Of a stretch of DNA of 64,000 nt, positions 1-12,930 are shown one piece after another. This stretch comes from Octopus sinensis (taxonomy: Eukaryota): assembly GCF_006345805.1 (NCBI RefSeq), contig NC_043013.1:51398001-51462000 (forward strand), given 5' to 3'. The position numbers and the translations under genes are program-made. The notes under the pieces are model-generated. The model was not told the DNA's origin, did not search any database, and saw only the letters and a program-made list of their open reading frames with translations. Position 1 is the first letter of the stretch. The number at the start of each line of letters is the position of its first letter.

Positions 1-138
1 TATATATATACAGTCAAAGAGTTATAGCTATTTCTTCTACTAAAAAGGGAGATCTCAGTAAAAACAGCAATTGGAAGGCAGACACAAACAGGTAAGAGAG
101 AATGAATTGACGGCAATCTATCATACAATTTTAAGTTA

Positions 139-238
139 TCTACGGACGTACGTTTCGAAATCAAGTTTTTAGGAAAGCATAAGAATTAAATATTAAATAA
201 TTCTATCTCACCAAAACTTCTTTTCTCTTCAGCGTAGA
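139..238 (-). ncRNA. Minimal type-I hammerhead ribozyme motif (inverted copy)
   Basis: Reverse complement of 452-551 in the left arm; all core nucleotides intact. Confidence 0.85.
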
Positions 239-451
239 ATACTACGGATAACCATATTTTATCTCAGTAGATGACCACAGCATCTTGTTTTGGCTACACG
301 CGGGTGGGAAGGGGCTGGTGACACAATCTTCTCATTCACACATTGAGTTTGGTGATACTAGTTGCGGATTCTAGCTCGCTCTGATACTGAGTTGAGTTGG
401 TGCCTTCTAGTATCTCAAAATTCAATATATAATCATTTATGATTATAGTAT

Positions 452-551
452 TCTACGCTGAAGAGAAAAGAAGTTTTGGTGAGATAGAATTATTTAATAT
501 TTAATTCTTATGCTTTCCTAAAAACTTGATTTCGAAACGTACGTCCGTAGA
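452..551 (+). ncRNA. Minimal type-I hammerhead ribozyme motif
   Basis: Stem I tctacg(452-457)/cgtaga(546-551); core CTGAAGA 458-464; stem II gaaa/tttc with a 61-nt loop; GAAA 534-537; palindromic helix III ACGTACGT; GUC cleavage triplet ending at 545. Confidence 0.85.
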
Positions 552-851
552 TAACTTAAAATTGTATGATAGATTGCCGTCAATTCATTCTCTCTTACCT
601 GTTTGTGTCTGCCTTCCAATTGCTGTTTTTACTGAGATCTCCCTTTTTAGTAGAAGAAATAGCTATACTCTTCGACTGCTATTTCTAAATTCGGTATGTG
701 GTAAGGCAATTCGTTGCTAAACCCTTTATTGCTTAGTATTACTTAAATTTTCCTCGAATGAGGCTTTTACATGCCGAAGACTACTTGGTGTAATTGATAA
801 TTATTCCAAATTAATTAATTTCACCCTTCATTATTACGGATATATATATAT

Positions 852-954
<103 letters not shown>

Positions 955-1026
955 GGAGTAAACACATAAATGTGAAACAAGGTGGAAAAAAAGAGTACTC
1001 AAATACCAATGGTAGAGTAATATGCT

Positions 1027-1156
1027 TTATTTAAAAGCAGCAGAAATTTCAACAAAACCTGTTACTCTGAATTTCCCGTTCCCGAACTGTCCGACGAACG
1101 GGAACGTGAAACTCAGAGTAACAGGTTTTGTTGAATTTTCTGCTGCATTTAAATAA
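1027..1156. repeat. Hairpin, ~58-bp arms (1027-1084 / 1099-1156), 14-nt loop
   Basis: ttatttaaaagcagcagaaatttcaacaaaacctgttactctgaatttcccgttcccg pairs with cgggaacgtgaaactcagagtaacaggttttgttgaattttctgctgcatttaaataa with few mismatches. Confidence 0.9.
1087..1124 (+). ncRNA. Minimal hammerhead ribozyme motif, U4C core variant
   Basis: ctgt-CCGACGA-acg-ggaa-cgt-GAAA-ctcagag-TA-acag: stem I ctgt/acag, 3-bp stem II with GGAA loop, near-palindromic helix III ACTCAGAGT, GUA triplet ending at 1120. Confidence 0.7.
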
Positions 1157-1231
1157 GTATATATATATAATATATATATATACGCACAGACATACACACA
1201 CATATATATATATTTATACACACACACACGC

Positions 1232-1265
<34 letters not shown>

Positions 1266-1593
1266 TTGTAGATATGTGTGTGTCAGTTCGCGCTGATACG
1301 TGTAGGTGTGCATTTGTGTGCGTACGTGTGTGATTGCGCGTGTATATGTGTGTGTGTGTGTGGCGGGGTATTGGTGTGTGTCCGTGTATATGAACACATG
1401 TGCGACTATTATTTTCAGTTGTACTTTTATCCTGTGATATAATTGCAAATATATACATAATTTCCAGTCGATATCCACCCAACATCTGCTTAAAAAACAA
1501 ACCCGTGCATGTATACGATTATGCATAAAAAACGATATGTGCCTAAGTATGAGTATCTGTTCATGTGCATACAGAAATATATATGTATACACA

Positions 1594-1649
<56 letters not shown>

Positions 1650-1684
1650 CCACACACACACAATCACACACACATATATAAATT

Positions 1685-1933
1685 GAGGCGCAATGGCCCA
1701 GTGGTTAAGGCAGCGGACTCGCAGGTAGTAGGATCGCTGTTTCGATTCCCAGACCGGGTGCTGTGAGTGTTTATTGAGTGAAAACAACTAAAGCTCCTCG
1801 AGGCTACGGTTGTGAACCCTGCTGTACTCTTTCACTGTGGAGTGCTCAGCCACTTGCACGTTAATTTCACGAGTAGGCTGTTCCACTAATCGGATCAACT
1901 GGAACACTCGTCATTGTAACCGACGGAGTACCA
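1685..1933 (+). mobile_element. tRNA-derived SINE (family C), internally deleted
   Basis: A-box/B-box-like head (ggcgcaatggcccagtgg...gtttcgattcc); colinear with the longer copy at 17667-18046. Confidence 0.8.
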
Positions 1934-2040
1934 CGAAAGGATATATATATATATACATATATATATAATTCTGTATTCTCGCCTTCTTTCAAATTCATGA
2001 TAGAAAATGAACTTGGGAAATGACAAAGAATATAAGTAGC

Positions 2041-2437
2041 GATCGTGATACCCACCACGAAGAAATGATCAAGCTCAGTAACAATCTGTTAAGCAACAAC
2101 TATAAAAACAATAACAACAACAAAACATACTATCCACTCCAGTTATGAAGAAAAGAGAGGATGAACCCAATAAACTGCCCACAATCTGTCTACCCTATGT
2201 TGAAGGCCTCTCCGAAAAGATACAAAAAGATATGCGGCCCATTTGACATCAGGACAGTATTCAAGAGTAATACAAGAGTAAAACCACCAACAGAAGAGAC
2301 TGCATGTACTCCATCTCATGCAACGGTGTTAGATTATACAAAGGCGAAACATGCCGACACCTCAAAATAAGGGTAGACAAACATCGCAAAGCTTTAACAC
2401 GAGGAGATATTAATAAATCGGCTATAGCTGATCATAT
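2041..2437 (+). pseudogene. Penelope-like element C-terminal remnant (RT thumb, linker, GIY-YIG endonuclease), frameshifted
   Basis: Manual translation gives HHEEMIKLSNNLLSNNY, then TICLPYVEGLSEKIQ / ICGPFDIRTVFKSNT, then (2301-2437) CMYSISCNGVRLYKGETCRHLKIRVDKHRKALTRGDINKSAIADHI. This matches the typical PLE LPYVxGLSE...VYxIxC...YxGET.R.LK.R..EH...KSA.A.H layout. Confidence 0.85.
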
Positions 2438-2915
2438 ATGTCTTCCAGCATAATAATAACCGGTTTCGTTAACGCTTTACAAAGTTTGAGTCTGGGATAC
2501 AATTTGGAGTCAGAGATTTTGTTAGCTAGGGGAGATAATTGGTGACCAAGGTACATTTCAGTAAAGGGGAGGTAAATCTGTACGCAAGTAACTTGTCATT
2601 CGCATTCCTCCTTAGCAAACGTTGCATGTTCGAATATACCGACAACGTCTGTTACAGGTTTGTTTCATTCTCTTTCTTTTTGTCAGTTAATATTCTTTAT
2701 TTATTCATCACTAACTTAAAAGCCTGCTCCGTGTCGCAGGACCTGCAGAGAGCTAATTGGACCTGCGACACAAAGCTAAAAGGAACAATAATAATAAAGC
2801 ATTCAGGTTAATTCTTTAGATCTATTGCCCCATCATATCTATTTCATCAATTCAGATTTATATCACAGAGCATCACATTTAGAGAATTTTGTATCACTGT
2901 GACATTTGGAGATCC

Positions 2916-4075
2916 CTGTAAGGCAGCTGCATGAAACAACATTCTTTGTTTTTCGATTTGGTGTGAGTACGAAGTGATTGTTGCCATTTTCAACTCTGGA
3001 ACAACCAGCATAGGGTTGACTATGAGAAAAGTACTGCTACATGAGGTGAAGTCCAACAACTTTCAGTGTTTATCTCTGACATTTGTTAATTGGCATTGAC
3101 AATCTAACTCTTACTGGTAAATGAAGTCTCTTGATTTCAAAGGTATATCTGCTGGAATCAGTGGAATTCTTGGTGCGAACACATTTTCTTCCTCTTCTTG
3201 TCCAGTGGAAATTGTTGCTTCTAAAAGATGTAGATGCATTTACCTAGCAATCAGTCTTGTTCCATTACACGGCTTTGGAGGATCCAGATTGCTCAAACGC
3301 ATGATTGGAACTCCGTTCTTCAATGTCAGTTTGTGAGAAGACATTCCAGAAGGATCCAAAGTAGGATAATTCACAGCCACATTGGGGTCCACTATCGTAT
3401 CGATTGAGAAATCCTTTTTTTTTATTCAGTATTGTAGGGGTAGGAGTGGCTGAGTGGTGAGTAGCTTGCTTACGAACCACATGGTTCCGGGTTCAGTCCC
3501 ACTGCGTGGCATCTTGGGCAAGAGTCTTCTACTATAGCCTCCGGCCGATCATAGTCTTGTGAGTGGATTTGGTGGACAGAAACTGAAAGAAGCCTGTCGT
3601 ATATATGGATATATATATATATGTGCGTGTGTGTGTATGTATGTTTGTGTGTCAGTGGTTGTCCCCCCAACATCGCTTGACAACACATGGTGGTAACTTA
3701 GCAGTTCGGCAAAAGAGACCGATAGAATATGTACTAGGCAACCAAAGAATAAGTCCTCGACTAAAGGCGGTGTTCCAGCATGGCCACAGTCAAATGACTG
3801 AAACAAGTAAAAGAGTAAAAGAGTATTGATTGATTGCATAAGTTTCCAATCGACAACCTGGACAGTTTCATTCTCCGGTGCAGGTACGGCTCTTTCACAA
3901 ATCCAATCATGATCTTGAAAATTATGTCCAATGTTTGAGTAAACCTTGGTACTCAACTCTTCAACAGTTTTGACAGCAACCATTTGGAAATGTTATGTCT
4001 TCATTACTGTCTTTCTGAATGCTTCCATTTCTCAGATCCAGGAAAATATCTGAATTGATTCTGCCTAAAGTCCGA
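2916..4075 (-). pseudogene. Helitron PIF1-like helicase C-terminal remnant, split by a SINE
   Basis: Minus-strand peptides: FLDLRNG..; VKTVEELSTKVYSNIGHNFQDHDWICERAVPAPENE; LDPSGMSSHKLTLKNGVPIMRLSNLDPPKPCNGTRL; RIPLIPADIPFEIKRL; VVGLHLM*QYFSHSQPYAGCSRV..TKNVV. Stops and frameshifts are present. Confidence 0.9.
3435..3821 (+). mobile_element. tRNA-derived SINE (family A) with 7-bp TSD agtattg
   Basis: Head ggagtggctgagtggt...ggttcagtccc, internal (TA)/(TG) tract and tail (aagagtaa)n; agtattg at 3428-3434 and 3822-3828; the helicase frame resumes across it. Confidence 0.9.
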
Positions 4076-4946
4076 TCTGGTCGAAGGTCCGATTTGGTCC
4101 GAAAGTTTGAGTTCTTTAATATTACCTTCACAAACTCCGCGGAACTTCGAAACATCATGAACATGAAACCTCTCCTTCTAAATTAGATCTAGTTTTAAAT
4201 TAACTGAATTGAAAATATTGTTTAAATTCACAGAGTTTTGGTATTACTTTGAATTCAGTTTAAATGAAAAACTTGTGAGTTCAGAAATTTTTTGAGATCT
4301 TTTCAACTGTTAACATATCCTCATCTAGACCTGATCCCAAAGATGCATGTTCAAGAACCAAATGAAGGGCAGAGTTTCAATCCCGAGATCATCCTGATTC
4401 CAAAAAAATGTACAATATGTCTATGTAGAGCAATTGTAGACAAAGGCATAGGGGTCACGGACGGACGGACAGATAGAATTTCGCGTTCATAGATTGCTTT
4501 TTGATATTGGATGCATATTCTGTTACCAATTGCTTTGGGATATTTAATCGTTTTGCTATCTACTCTATTTTTTACTCTTTCAACCGTTACATTCTACAAA
4601 TAATTCATATTACATTCCTTGGCATACTTACACACGTGTGCCCCACCCCTACCCTTTTTTGTTTTTTTACTCGAAACTTCCAGAATAATGAATATGTTTG
4701 TTATGAAATTTTCTATGAATACTCTTCAAATAGTGTCGATTCCGATTATGTCGGAATTTGTTGTGAAAAAATTGTACGGTGAGTAGGAAGTGGAGTTTTG
4801 AAAGATTCAAAGAGTTGCCTTTGTTTACTCATAACTTTCAGAAAAAGTAAATTGTTTCGTGACATTTTCCATAAATACCTTACAGAGTGCGTAGATTATG
4901 ATAATAACGGAATTTAGAATGACATAAGCAATGTGAAAATGCATGA

Positions 4947-5275
4947 CTCAGTGGTTAGAGGTTTGGGAACACAATCATGAGGTAGTGAGTTCGATTCCCG
5001 GAGTGGGCTAGGTGTTGAGTTCTTGAGTAAGATAATTTATTTCACGCTTCTCCAGTGCACTCAGCTGTAGAAATGAGCTGCGACCTCACTGGTGCCAAGG
5101 CGTATCGGCATTTGCCTTTTCCTTGGGTAACATCTGTTACGTGGCGAGGGGAGTCTGGTATGCAAAGGCGACTGTTGGTCTTCCATAAAACAACCTTGCC
5201 CTACTAGTGTCTTGGAGGGTTACTTTCTAGGTGCAATCCCAAACATTCACATTGTGTCAGCTGCCGTACTTATCT
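4947..5275 (+). mobile_element. tRNA-derived SINE (approximate limits)
   Basis: A/B-box head gcatgactcagtggttagag...gagttcgattcccgg; related to the head at 53458. Confidence 0.65.
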
Positions 5276-5504
5276 CCTTGGTAATTTTCTTTACTCAGCA
5301 GGATTCCAGCCCTGCCATCCGGAGAAAATAGGGGCACCGCAATAGGTAAGAAAGCTGCAGCATTCAACATGGATAGGGTATGAGATCGCGTACAAGGTAC
5401 CTTGACAAGGTATCCTTCCACCGATGCATAATATTGTTTTTTTTAGATGGTGGGGAAAATTGTTATTTCTGTCCCAGGTCACTGTGTTCGACCACATGTT
5501 ACTC

Positions 5505-5525
5505 CTATCTACTACTACTACTAAT

Positions 5526-5598
<73 letters not shown>

Positions 5599-5619
5599 AT
5601 ACCACTACTGCTGCTGCTG

Positions 5620-5681
<62 letters not shown>

Positions 5682-5700
5682 ACTACTACTACTACTACTA
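5505..5700. repeat. Compound trinucleotide microsatellite (ACT/ACA/GCT)n
   Basis: Directly visible; source of the poly-T/Q/L/S/V ORFs. Confidence 0.95.
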
Positions 5701-5914
5701 CACACACGTACACACACACCACACACGCACACACCACATACACGCACACCACACACACACACACATTACACACACACATACATATACATACATATACACA
5801 TATATAAACAGGTTCATACAGAAAGAATATACACAATGGCTGACTCGTATGTGAGTGTATGTGTGTGTGTATATAATGCTAATATACACACAGGTATATG
5901 TCAAGGCAGGTATT

Positions 5915-5947
<33 letters not shown>

Positions 5948-5949
<2 letters not shown>

Positions 5950-6334
5950 TCTTTTACCCTTTTACTTGTTTCAGTCATTTGACTGTCGCCATGCTGGAGC
6001 ATCGCCTTTAGTCGAGTAAATCGACCCCAGGTCTTATTCTTTGTAAGCCCAGTACTTATTCTATCGGTCACTTTTGCCGAACCGTTGAGTTACGGAGACG
6101 TAAACACACCAGCATCTATTGTCAAGCGATGTTGGGGAGACAAACACAGACACACAAACACACACACACACACATATATATGATGGGCTTCTTTCAGTTT
6201 CCGTCTACCACATCCACTCACAAGGCTTTGGTTGGCGTGAGGCTATAGTAGAGGACACTTACCGAAGGTTCCACGAAGTGGGACTGAACTTGGAACCATA
6301 TGGTTCGTAAGAAAGCTACTTACCACACAGCTAC
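5948..6334 (-). mobile_element. SINE family A
   Basis: Reverse complement of the family A head, body and tail. Confidence 0.9.
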
Positions 6335-6511
6335 TGTATGTATGTATGTATGTATGTACGTATTTATGTACGTATGTATGTATGTATGTATGTACATACG
6401 TATGTGTGTTAGTCATCTCTCAGTTTTATTTGAAGATGTCTTACCAATAGAGAAAAGCCGGTTTCTAACCTAGATCCAAGGTTCCTTCATAGGAATTTCA
6501 ACATCAACAGG

Positions 6512-6742
6512 GTATGTATGTATGTATGTATGTATGTATGCATGTATCTATGTATGTATGTATGTATGTATGTATGTATGTGTGTATGCATGTATGTATG
6601 AATGTATGTATATATGTATGTATATCTATATGTATGTATATATGTATGTATCTATATATGTATGTATATATGTATGTATGCATATATATATGTTTGTATA
6701 TATTTACATATATGTATGTATGTATGTATATATGTATATATG

Positions 6743-6774
<32 letters not shown>

Positions 6775-6983
6775 AATGTATGCATGTATGTATATATGTA
6801 TGTATGTAGTATGTATGTATGTGTGTATGCATGTATGTATGAATGTATGTATATATGTATGTATATCTATATGTATGTATATATGTATGTATCTATATAT
6901 GTATGTATATATGTATGTATGCATATATATATGTTTGTATATATTTACATATATGTATGTATGTATGTATATATGTATATATG

Positions 6984-7015
<32 letters not shown>

Positions 7016-7153
7016 AATGTATGCATGTATGTATATATGTATGTATGTAAGTATGTATATATGTATGTATGTATGTATATATACGTATGTACGTATGTAT
7101 GTATATATGTATGCATATATGTACGTACGTATGTATGTATGTATGTATGTATG

Positions 7154-7210
<57 letters not shown>

Positions 7211-7230
7211 ATATATATATATATATATAT
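6512..7230. repeat. (TATG)n/(TA)n complex microsatellite containing a ~241-bp tandem duplication
   Basis: tgtgtatgcatgtatgtatgaatg... begins at 6581 and again at 6822, and the irregular pattern is repeated. Confidence 0.9.
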
Positions 7231-7624
7231 ACAAGCAAACCAATCACATGCATAGTTTATAGAATGTTATTTCTCATACATGTCCCTATGTGCAACTGAA
7301 AATAAAGTCTGCAGCATTTCGCATAATGCAGGCGTTGCCCCAACCATAGGAAGTTGTATGTAATTGTTTATTCTGACAACATGTTCGCGAGGAGACAGAC
7401 TCTGGACCATGAGCAGGTTTTTGGTTTCCTTGAGGAATTCTCTTATTCTGATTTCTGCAGATTGTGTTCCAGAAGTCAGATAGATATATTGTTTCTATAA
7501 ACATCCGTTGGGGAAGGCGAAGTCAAGTGTATTCCTTTAATTTTAACTTGTTGCTTATTTAATGATGCTGAAGCTCGTATGACACACTGACACGACAAAG
7601 ATATATATAGATATATATACAGGC

Positions 7625-7731
<107 letters not shown>

Positions 7732-9243
7732 TATATATATATAAATATATATATACACACATATATACATAGATACATACATATATATACACATATATAC
7801 ATAGATACATATATATATACACACATATATATACATAGATATATATATATATACACACATATATGCATATATACATATATATATACACATATACATAGAT
7901 AAATATATATATATATGTATATGTATAAATATAAATGTGTGTGTATATATATATATGTTTCTATATCTGTGTATGTGTATGTTTATATGTGTGTATATGT
8001 GTGTATGTATGTATATGAGATAAGAGAATTGTGTACTGTGTCTGTGAAACCAAGAAGCAATCCAGAAAAAAAAAACTCTGTGGATGATGCTTGTTCAATT
8101 GCTACTGCGAAGATGTGACATTTTCTTGTGGACATCGTTACTGTACATGAACTACTCATTTACATACAAGCATACATGCATACATACATACACTTATATA
8201 TATTCACACACTCACACACACACGCAGAAACACACCTAGATGTATATGTGTGGGGTGTGTTTGTGTGTGTGTGTGTGTGTGCAATGTATGTGCGCATGGG
8301 CTATGGCGTAGTGGCCCTAGACTGCATTTGTGGTCGCGAAATCGTGGGTTCCATTCACAGAGCGGATTGTGTGTTGTGTTCTTGAGCAAAACACGTCGTT
8401 CCACATTGCTCTGACATGTGGCACACCATGCACCTGTACAGGTAATATCAATTTCATGGAGGGCGGGTGCCTGAACTAATCTGCAACACAATTATCTGAA
8501 CACTATAAACAAATCATTTGTGTGGTTGTTTGGTTGTTCAGTAAGATATTGCAGAACAGTTTGTGTATATATATAAACTGCACTAGGAGAAGAAGAAGAA
8601 ACGAAACGAAATGGAACGAATCGAATCGAATTGACACGAAGGCGCTCAGTCATCCAATAGTTTAATAAATAAAATATATGCATACATACATATGTATATG
8701 TACGTACCTACATCTACATGTATATATACATGCATATATAAATATATATACGTGAGTACAGGACACCACAAATAGACGCAGAACTCAACGAGAACGAAAC
8801 GTAAAAACAAGCAAGGAACGAACCTTTTTTTTTACAAAGAAAAAACAGAGTACTAGACAAACTACACAATGAAAAATCCCCTTCATCAGCTGTCCCTAGT
8901 TCGATTCCAGCGTGTTTCGAAGGAGAGTACAGAACACGACTCGTCGAACTAGCCCTTCCTGCGAAGAAATTAAAGGAAATTACTTCGCATAGGGGTAAAA
9001 ACAAGGAAAGAACAAAATGTGACACAAACAGGACGTAAAAACGATACAAATAAAATATATATATATATATATATATATTAGTTGTTATTTATGTATTGGT
9101 TTATGTCTATCACTGTCTGAGTTGCATAATAATGGCTTTATCTCTAATTCATATTTTATATCTTTATACTGTGAAATTTGATTTAATACTAAATTGAATT
9201 TTTCCCTGTAAGTTTGGAGTTATACTCCCTATTATTATTATTA

Positions 9244-9319
<76 letters not shown>

Positions 9320-9429
9320 GTTATTATTATTATTATCATTATTATATATATATATATACGTATGTACATATATATAGGTATATGTATATATGTATATACA
9401 TATATATTTATGTATGTATGTATGTATAG

Positions 9430-9486
<57 letters not shown>

Positions 9487-11046
9487 ATATGTATATATAT
9501 ATGTATATATAATATTTCAACTTTTCGAAAAATAAATGAATAATATAAAGTACCAGGCGGATAATGGTGTCAATGTAATCGATTCTCCTCATCTCCCTAT
9601 ATTTCAGCCTTCTACTATTGTAGAAATAATTATTGTTATTATTGTAGTAAGTAAAAGATGAGTAAAACAATCAACGCGGTGTTTTTCTTTCTTCCACGAT
9701 TTGATAAGAATTAGTTGCAATCGTTAGCACTTAAGTAGTATGTGTTTCTGAAGCTCCGAGAAAGCGTGTTACATATTATCGATTCATGGACATTAAGAAC
9801 ACGATTAAAGAAAGTATTTCCTAATATATTATTTGTACTTGTTCTTTTAGTTTTAGTTTGTTCAGTTAAACACAAGCAACAAAATAGCCTATTTTTTTTC
9901 GGTTTAGATACTGCATTCTGTTTGTGTGAAAGAACAGAAAGAGTATATCAAATACGAAAGAAATATATAAACAAGCAAATAGCGTAGTATAGAATTCAGG
10001 AGTAAAAGACATGTATTTTGCTATTTATTAATTGTATTAAAAAGTTGTAGAACGAACAGAACGGGGGTGGGGGTGGAAAAGGAGACATTTGTTTACATTT
10101 CTTGTATACATGTTAACTTATATTGAGTGGGAAACAGAAAAATAAATACGAACACGATGTCGTACATTTAAAGGTACATGGATTATAATCATGTATATTT
10201 ACACCCACACCCACACGCATGCCCGTACACAAAACTCTCACACATACGAATATACACGTATATATACTGAAACATGGAAAGCATATGGATATATGCATAC
10301 ATATATATCTATATCTATAAGAAGATTTGCATTTTCGAGCTGAGAGCTGAGAAAAGTAAGAAGAAGGATACAGGGGGCAATCGACAAAGGCAGCTTCTAT
10401 ATATGACTGAATCGAGAAGACCCAAAATGGCTCCAAAGCCATAACATGCCGACTTGGATATAGCTTCTCTTGGTGAGGCCCGCTGGCACTTAAGCAACAT
10501 TGCTGATTGACAGGTGGGCCTTAGTAGCGAGAAGCAGGTAAGATGATTACACTGACATTAGTGCTCAACTAGTAATTATTCCATCGGCCCCCAAAGATGA
10601 AAGATAAAGCCAACCCCGGCGGAATATAAGTTCAGAGCGTAAAAACGGATGAAATGCTGCTAAGCATTTTGTCCGGCGCAGTAGAGATTCGCCTCTCTCC
10701 TGGTTTGAAGGCTTGTACCACCAAACAGCTGGAACTGTCTGGCTGCTAGAACTGAAACTAAGACGACACTGTTGGAAGGGACAAAACTATACGGCCTTCC
10801 CCTCCAATAGTCAGTTGAAGGTTAGATAGTGTATGGTGACAGTTAGCTGGTGCCGGCTTCTGGAAACTTCCGGCGATTATTTAAGGGGGAATTTGTCAGG
10901 ATGGTCAATCGCCCGGTGATATTCGTTGACGCTGCATCTATAAATATATCTATAAATAAATATGTACATATATGTATGCATGCATATATATATGTATATA
11001 TATATATATATATATATACATATATGTATGCATGCATATATATATG

Positions 11047-11078
<32 letters not shown>

Positions 11079-11093
11079 ATATAATATATATAT

Positions 11094-11354
11094 ATAATAG
11101 TTATCGCCATACTAATATGGCATTCTTATAAAAATAAGAATAAAGCTGTCCGCTTATTAGCTCCATGAGGCCATCGCCTTAAGTTAGCTATTTGATACAC
11201 AAACTGTATCCATATAACCTTGTTCGAAGGTTATATGGATACAGTTTGTGTATCAAATAGCTAACTTAAGGCGATGGCCTCATGGAGCTAATAAGCGGAC
11301 AGCTTTATTCTTATTTTTATAAGAATGCCATATTAGTATGGCGATAACTATTAT
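11094..11354. repeat. Perfect palindrome, 128-bp arms, 5-nt loop GTTCG
   Basis: 11094-11221 is the exact reverse complement of 11227-11354 as read by eye; the left arm abuts (TA)n. Confidence 0.95.
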
Positions 11355-11411
11355 TTTCCGGGAACGCTGCCGTTGTTCTCTTTTAGAGAGACTTAGTAAT
11401 TTTAATATTTC

Positions 11412-11453
<42 letters not shown>

Positions 11454-11464
11454 TATATATATAT

Positions 11465-11791
11465 AATTATTGTCAAAATTGTAACTTAGGGTATCTACGA
11501 GATACCTCCATGCTGAAAATAGCAGCCATGATCTGGCTAAACCTTTAAGTGTTCATAGAGCACACGGAGAGAAGATAAAAGACAGAATAAAACTACTAAA
11601 AATTACTGGATCGGGATCTGGAATTATCGAGTAATTTTTTACTAATGTTTTACTAGTTTTATTCTGTCTTTTTGTCTTCTTTCCGTGTGCTATATGAACA
11701 CTTAAAGGTGGTTTTATAGTCAGATCATGGCTGCTATTTTCAGCATGACGGTATCTCGTAGATACCCCAAGTTTTAATTTTAATAATAATT
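11465..11791. repeat. Imperfect inverted repeat, arms ~11465-11607 / 11630-11791
   Basis: gggtatctacgagatacctccatgctgaaaatagcagccatgatctg pairs with cagatcatggctgctattttcagcatgacggtatctcgtagataccc; the left arm abuts (TA)n. Confidence 0.9.
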
Positions 11792-12856
11792 ATTACCTTT
11801 AAAGGTTTTTTTTTCATTCTGGCCACTTGATAAGATCGTTATTTAATTTAAATTAACGATCTTATCCTTATTTATATAAATTTATATATATCAGTTTGTG
11901 TGTGTGTGCATATTCATGACTGTTTCCTACTTTTAATGTTGAGATTCGAGTCCTTAATTCCATTCTGCACGGAGCCATAATGAAGTCATGTTATGACGCT
12001 GTCATGAGAAATTATTTTACTCATCTAAATTCATCCGTACGATACTGAATAATTACCGAATGGTTGTATGGAGAATGGGAAAGGAACTGCTGCTCATATC
12101 ATTCCCCAAGGTTAAGAAAGACTTAACTTTAATTGGAATGGCTTCTTTGACGGATTGAAACTGGTTTGCGAATTCACTGTGAAAGTTATTCTGTCTCTAA
12201 TAACATGTTCTGAACATAATATAATCCATATTTTTAATCGGCCTATCATTGTTGACATTGCCCTTCATCCGTTTCAACGTCTATAAAATCAGCACCAGTC
12301 TAGAACTGGTGTTGAAGCAATCGACTTGTCTCCTCCGGCAAAATTGCTGGTTTTGTTTGTGTTTGTAGTTAAAGGGTTACCATCATTAAACTACCAGACG
12401 GCAAGCTGGCAGAATCGGTAGCACGTCGAACGGAATGCTCAGCGGCGTTTCGTCCGTCTTTACGTTCTGTGTTCAAATACCTCCGCGTTTAACTTTCCTT
12501 TACATCATTTTGGGGATCGTTCAAATAAGTCCCAGTCAAGCAAATTTTCAGGTCTTGTGCCTATAATTTAAAGGGTTATATATAAATTTATATACGTTAT
12601 TATTATTATTATTTTTTTTTTTGCAATTTACTTAATCTTTGACATTTTATTGTTATTTTAATGTTAATATTTCTATTATATGTAATTTTCTAGATGGTGT
12701 AATTAAATTGTTCATTTTGAATTGATAAATGGTGTTTTTTTTCTAATTTTTTATATATATATCATATTGTGGGAAATTTGATTTAGTATTACTAAATTGA
12801 ATTTTTTCCTTGTAAGTTTTGGATTTTATTCCTTCAAATATTAATAAAATTTAATA

Positions 12857-12889
<33 letters not shown>

Positions 12890-12930
12890 ATTAATAATAA
12901 GGATATATATATTATTATAATAAGGATATA

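Larger units (their letters stand above)
11..678. repeat. Inverted repeat (fold-back), arms 11-244 and 446-678, ~200 bp spacer; probable PLE pLTR pair
   Basis: 446-678 is the reverse complement of 11-244 with about 2 differences (cagtcaaagagttatagctattt vs aaatagctatactcttcgactg). The left arm starts directly after (TA)n and each arm contains an HHR motif. Confidence 0.95.

Noticed and set aside
752-790. HHR-like cctcgaatga-ggc...gcc-gaaga
   Set aside because: Both core segments are altered and no stem I or III pairing is evident.
2731-2771. 10-bp-arm hairpin as a Helitron 3' end
   Set aside because: No correctly placed CTAG terminus for the minus-strand Helitron.
8860-8960. Minus-strand CTGATGA and GAAAC motifs
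   Set aside because: The order and pairing do not give a consistent type I, II or III HHR; probably a decayed PLE tail.
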